Below, piece after piece: positions 60,168 to 64,000 of a stretch of DNA of 64,000 bases. Each line of letters starts with the position of its first letter. Position 1 is the first letter of the stretch. The DNA is from Longimicrobiales bacterium (GTDB lineage Bacteria; Gemmatimonadota; Gemmatimonadetes; Longimicrobiales; Gaopeijiaceae): NCBI GenBank assembly GCA_965204275.1, contig CBDBEC010000002.1:1981489-2045488 (forward strand), given 5' to 3'. Under the pieces are notes generated by a model. It did not search any database and was not told the DNA's origin. It was given only the letters and a program-made list of their open reading frames with translations. A program made the position numbers and the translations under genes.

Positions 60168-60388
60168 TGTATTCTCCTGCTTCCTTCGGCCTCTTCTCCA
60201 GTCTAGCACCCCGGGGACACCCGGGACAATCGGCTTCCACACGGCAACACGCGTGGATGCCCGCGAGTCTGTGGGGTGGTGGTCGGCTATTCCTCTCCTC
60301 CCCCGGTCCTGCCGCCAAGCGGCATATTGTGTATGATGGAGCGGAAGACCGGGGCCATCACGCCGCACCCCGGAAGAACCCGGACACG

Positions 60389-61810
60389 ATGGACACGAAG
60401 AGGATGAAGACCTGGCTACCCGCAACCCTGGCAGCGGCCATGTCGCTGACCGCATTCGCGCCCGGCAGGGCTCAGCTGCCCGTGGACACGACCCCCGCGG
60501 CCACCCCCGGCCTGACGGCGTTCAGCGGCGTGTCCACCCTGCCCATGACCTCGGACGAAGTGTTGCCCGGCCAGACCGTCGTCGTCCGGGACGGTGTGAT
60601 TCTCGCGGTCGGACCGGCGGACGCGCTCGAGGTACCCCCCGGTGCCACCGTGATCGACGGAAGCGGCCGGTTTCTCATGCCCGGACTCGCCGAGATGCAC
60701 GCCCATGTTCCGCCCGGTGCCGACCCGCCCCGGGAAGAGGTCGAGGACATCCTCTTCCTGTACATCGCGAACGGCATCACCACGATCCGGGGCATGCTCG
60801 GTTCGGCCTACCAGATACCCCTGGCGGGCGAAATCGAACGCGGCGAGGTGCTCGGTCCCAACTTCTACGTCGGCGCGCCCTCGATCAACGGCCGCTCGGC
60901 CCCGGCGCCGGAGGCCGCGGAGAGACTCGTGCGCGCCCATGCGGCAGCCGGATACCATCTGCAGAAGATCCACCCCGGAGTGTCGCGGGAGACGTGGGAC
61001 CACATGGTGGAGGTCGCCCGCGAGGTGGGCCTCACCTGGGCCGGCCACGTCCCCGCCGACGTGGGACTCGTGCACGCGATCGAGACCGGCATGTCCACCG
61101 TCGACCATCTCGACGGGTACGTGCAGGCGATTGCGCCGGACGGAGTGCTGGCCCAGGTGGGAGCCGGCCCGATCCGCCTCGGAGGGCTGGCGAACGGCGT
61201 GGACGAAGCCGGGCTGGAGGAGATCGTCCGGCTCACCATCGAGCACGACGTCTACGTGGTGCCGACGATGTACCTGTGGGAGAACCTGTACGGCGCGCCG
61301 AACCCCGACGAGATGTTGCGGCAGCCCGGGATGCGGTACGTGTCGGCCCGGACGCGGGAGGGGTGGCGGCGGCGGGCGGGTGGCGGTTGGGGGACGCCGG
61401 AGGACGTCGAACGCTACCTCGAGCTGCGCAGGCGGATTCTCAGGGCGCTGTCGGACGCGGGCGCGGGGATCCTGATGGGGACCGACTCGCCGCAGCTCTT
61501 CAACGTGCCCGGATTCGCGCTGCACCGGGAGCTGCAGGTGATGGCCGAAGCGGGGATGTCCAACTACGAGATCCTGAAGAGCGGGACGGTCACCGTGGGA
61601 GAATACGTTGCCTCGCACCTCGGGCTCGACGGCAACTTCGGGACGATCGCGCCGGGCCAGCGGGCGGATCTGGTTCTCCTGGGCTCCAACCCCCTCGACG
61701 ACCTGGTGAACCTGTTCGACCGCGTGGGGGTGATGGTGAGGGGGCGGTGGGTGAGCCGCGCGGAGATCGACGCCGGTCTGGAGGCGCTGGCCGCGAAGCA
61801 CGCGGGGTAG
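60389..61810 (+). CDS. secreted amidohydrolase-family protein
   Basis: Signal ...AAMSLTAFAPGRAQ. Metal motif MPGLAEMHAHVP (HxH). ...GTDSP.... Start inferred inside a longer ORF. Confidence 0.8.
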   Translation: MDTKRMKTWLPATLAAAMSLTAFAPGRAQLPVDTTPAATPGLTAFSGVSTLPMTSDEVLPGQTVVVRDGVILAVGPADALEVPPGATVIDGSGRFLMPGLAEMHAHVPPGADPPREEVEDILFLYIANGITTIRGMLGSAYQIPLAGEIERGEVLGPNFYVGAPSINGRSAPAPEAAERLVRAHAAAGYHLQKIHPGVSRETWDHMVEVAREVGLTWAGHVPADVGLVHAIETGMSTVDHLDGYVQAIAPDGVLAQVGAGPIRLGGLANGVDEAGLEEIVRLTIEHDVYVVPTMYLWENLYGAPNPDEMLRQPGMRYVSARTREGWRRRAGGGWGTPEDVERYLELRRRILRALSDAGAGILMGTDSPQLFNVPGFALHRELQVMAEAGMSNYEILKSGTVTVGEYVASHLGLDGNFGTIAPGQRADLVLLGSNPLDDLVNLFDRVGVMVRGRWVSRAEIDAGLEALAAKHAG

Positions 61811-61829
61811 CGGCGGGGCCGGGGGGAAA

Positions 61830-64000
61830 TCAGCGCCTCCACTCCGCGGCGTCCGGAATGCCGCGGCTGAAGAACACCTCGAGGCCGGGCTCGAAGCCAC
61901 GGCCGGCGAGCACCTCCGCCGCGGTTGAACCCGGTGGCAGATCGCTGAAGATGCCCCGCACCTTCCCGGTGTGCGCATCCCGCACGATCGCGCCCGGGCT
62001 GTCGGTGTCGGCGTCCAGGGTGAAGGATCCGTTCGGCCCCGAGAGCGTGATCCGGCGGAGTTCATCCGCCCACCCCGCCTGTACCGGCACGGTGAACGCG
62101 AACGATCCCCGGCCCTCCGCGTCGGCGATGACGGGCATGTCGAAGTCCAGCGCGAACAGCTCGGCGCCGTCCCCGGAAACGCCTCTCAGCCGATACGACC
62201 CGCCGAAGCGTGGCAGGTGTGGCATGGCATCGATCACGAACGCCGGCTCCAGGTACGGAACTCCGTTCGGGTCCGTCCCGCCCCAGATCAGGAGCGACCG
62301 GACCGGAGCAGCCCGCCGGGCCGCGTACTCCTCGACCTCCACGTCCAGCCGGTGGCGCAGCGAGTTGGTGAAATAGAACTCGCTGATCCAGGTCGGATCG
62401 CAGTATGACATGAGATCGCGGGTGGACGGGTCCACCAGTTCGCCGGACTCGAAGTCGTATCCCCACGCACCGATCGTCCCGTTGGGCTGCGGAAACGATG
62501 GATCCGGGCCGGCCGCCCCGCCGCAGGGCGCGTGGTAGAGGCTGAGATTGTGCCCGAGCTCGTGAGCCATGACGGCGGAGTCGGGGATCGAAAAGCTGGT
62601 CCAGCCGGGTACATAGGCGACCCCGGCGGCCCCCGTGACCCCTCCTGACATCGTACCCATCCAATACCCGGTTCCACCTTCCGCAACGCGAATCGCACCC
62701 GTCTGGGCCAGCAACGAAAAGGCGCTGTTCGTTGACGACAACACGGCGTCGTGGATCTTCAGGTCCATCTCCGCAACCGGCAGAAGCGTGGTGATCTGCC
62801 ACAACAGCTCGTCGTCGGGGGACAGGTCCTTGGTGATGTCCAGGATCGCCGAGTCAGGATCCGATTCCAGCAGGAAGGGGATCAGGGTCAATTCAAGGTC
62901 CGGCATCTGACGCACCGACACGGCCATGCGGCCCGTTTCGGGAATGCGTTGCGCCACACCCAACTCCGAGTCCATCGTCGTGTCGGGATCGATCTCCACC
63001 ACCATTTCCAGACCCGGCTTGATCGCGGACGCCGGAACCTCCACGTTGGCGGACGCATCCAGCGACCCTTCGTTCACTTCATCTCCGATGAGCGACGAAC
63101 CCGGCTCTATTTCCACGACCTCTTCCACCTCCCCATCCAGGTAGAAGGTGGCCCGGACGAGTGGAATCGTGTCGCCCTTGGCGGCCGGAGCCACCACGAA
63201 GACCCGCAGCAGCGCCTTCTCGCCGGCGACCAGCGACACGGGGTATTCCAGGGACTGTGAGGCCTGCGTGAGATAGGCTGCCGATTCGCCGCCGGGCGCG
63301 CAGGCGGGAACCCGCCTCTTCGGGATGCCCTCGAGCCAGGTCCTGAAGTCGTCATCGTCCGGCACGCACAGCTTCGTGCCCCCCAACATGAGTTCGGCGA
63401 CATCCTGGAGGTCGGTCATGCTCCCCGGGAGCACACCGGACAGGCCGGTGTTCGTCAGATGGAGCCTCCGAAGGCCGACCATGGCGCCGATCTCATCGGG
63501 CAGCGTGCCAGTGTGCGGGTTGCCCGTCAGGGACAGTCTTTCCAGGTTGGGCAGCCGGGTCAGATGAACGGGAAACGGGCCGCCCAGGTTGTTTCCGCCC
63601 AGCCAAAGGTCGTTCAACTGCGAGAGGTTCTCAAGCTCCGCGGGGATCTCCCCCGAGAACGCGTTGTCGTTGAGGTACAGCCGCTCGAGGTTCTCCAGAT
63701 CGCCCAGTTCCCGTGGGATGGACCCGCTGATTTCGTTGAAACCCAGCGCAAGCGTGCGCAGTTCCGCGAGGTCGCGGATCTCGGGCGGGAGGGAACCGGA
63801 AACGAAGTTGTTGGCGAGGTTCAGCGCCACCACTCCGCTGCCGTCGGCCTGAACCCCGTGCCAGTCCGAAACCGGATCGTCCGACAGCCACCCGTCGTCG
63901 TTGCGCCAGGTCGGGCCCCCGGTTGCTTCGTACAGCGCCACCAGCGCATCGCGCTCCACATCGATGTCTACCGTTACAGCCGCAGCGCCGGCCGCCGACT
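61830..64000 (-). CDS. paralogous LRR / zincin metalloprotease (5' end beyond the window)
   Basis: The frame stays open to the window end (...SAAGAAAVTVDIDVERDALVALYEATGGPTW). HELGHNLSLYHAPCG. Tail SRGIPDAAEWRR. Collinear with 57423-60167. Confidence 0.8.
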   Translation of the reverse strand, partial: SAAGAAAVTVDIDVERDALVALYEATGGPTWRNDDGWLSDDPVSDWHGVQADGSGVVALNLANNFVSGSLPPEIRDLAELRTLALGFNEISGSIPRELGDLENLERLYLNDNAFSGEIPAELENLSQLNDLWLGGNNLGGPFPVHLTRLPNLERLSLTGNPHTGTLPDEIGAMVGLRRLHLTNTGLSGVLPGSMTDLQDVAELMLGGTKLCVPDDDDFRTWLEGIPKRRVPACAPGGESAAYLTQASQSLEYPVSLVAGEKALLRVFVVAPAAKGDTIPLVRATFYLDGEVEEVVEIEPGSSLIGDEVNEGSLDASANVEVPASAIKPGLEMVVEIDPDTTMDSELGVAQRIPETGRMAVSVRQMPDLELTLIPFLLESDPDSAILDITKDLSPDDELLWQITTLLPVAEMDLKIHDAVLSSTNSAFSLLAQTGAIRVAEGGTGYWMGTMSGGVTGAAGVAYVPGWTSFSIPDSAVMAHELGHNLSLYHAPCGGAAGPDPSFPQPNGTIGAWGYDFESGELVDPSTRDLMSYCDPTWISEFYFTNSLRHRLDVEVEEYAARRAAPVRSLLIWGGTDPNGVPYLEPAFVIDAMPHLPRFGGSYRLRGVSGDGAELFALDFDMPVIADAEGRGSFAFTVPVQAGWADELRRITLSGPNGSFTLDADTDSPGAIVRDAHTGKVRGIFSDLPPGSTAAEVLAGRGFEPGLEVFFSRGIPDAAEWRR

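Overview
GC-rich bacterial chromosomal fragment, roughly two-thirds G+C by eye. The gene content resembles Gemmatimonadota-like bacteria, but that is inference only. No tRNA, rRNA or CRISPR array was recognised. Housekeeping blocks: class II ribonucleotide reductase nrdJ, murQ, ggt, an ABC exporter, ccdA plus a thioredoxin-like gene, agmatinase, a Fur-family regulator, nrnA-coaE, a YyaL-like protein, a fused E1 alpha/beta dehydrogenase and MoeB-rhodanese. These are interleaved with three accessory zones. (1) 1-6.6 kb holds a frameshifted DNA methyltransferase, a low-GC islet with an ORF bisected by an IS5-family element, and two tandem STAND-like P-loop ATPases. A second identical IS copy lies 12.7 kb away in the murQ/methyltransferase divergent promoter. 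(2) 29-43 kb is a decaying island. Its core is a four-deep nest. A degraded ISNCY/ISKra4-like transposase gene is split by a 249-bp TIR element (MITE) at a TA. That MITE is split at a 12-bp repeat (TGCCAGCCCGGC) by a 10.3-kb element encoding a tyrosine integrase. The element in turn carries an intact IS21 with an 8-bp target duplication. An uninterrupted MITE paralog at 22102-22349 acts as an in-window empty site, and a third MITE-end fragment forms the leader of the Fur-family gene. Element cargo: a DUF6884-like/HhH-GPD-like fusion, a DUF429-like nuclease, small membrane and secreted proteins, a ~0.9-kb stretch with no ORF, and a perfect 2 x 342 bp tandem duplication. (3) 43-64 kb holds plant-type LRR proteins, two of them fused to a zincin protease domain and one carrying an in-frame TAG, plus a decayed tandem duplicate of coaE and its neighbour. 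The best candidate for something undescribed is the MITE-targeting integrase element and its cargo. The tandem effector-less STAND ATPases come second.
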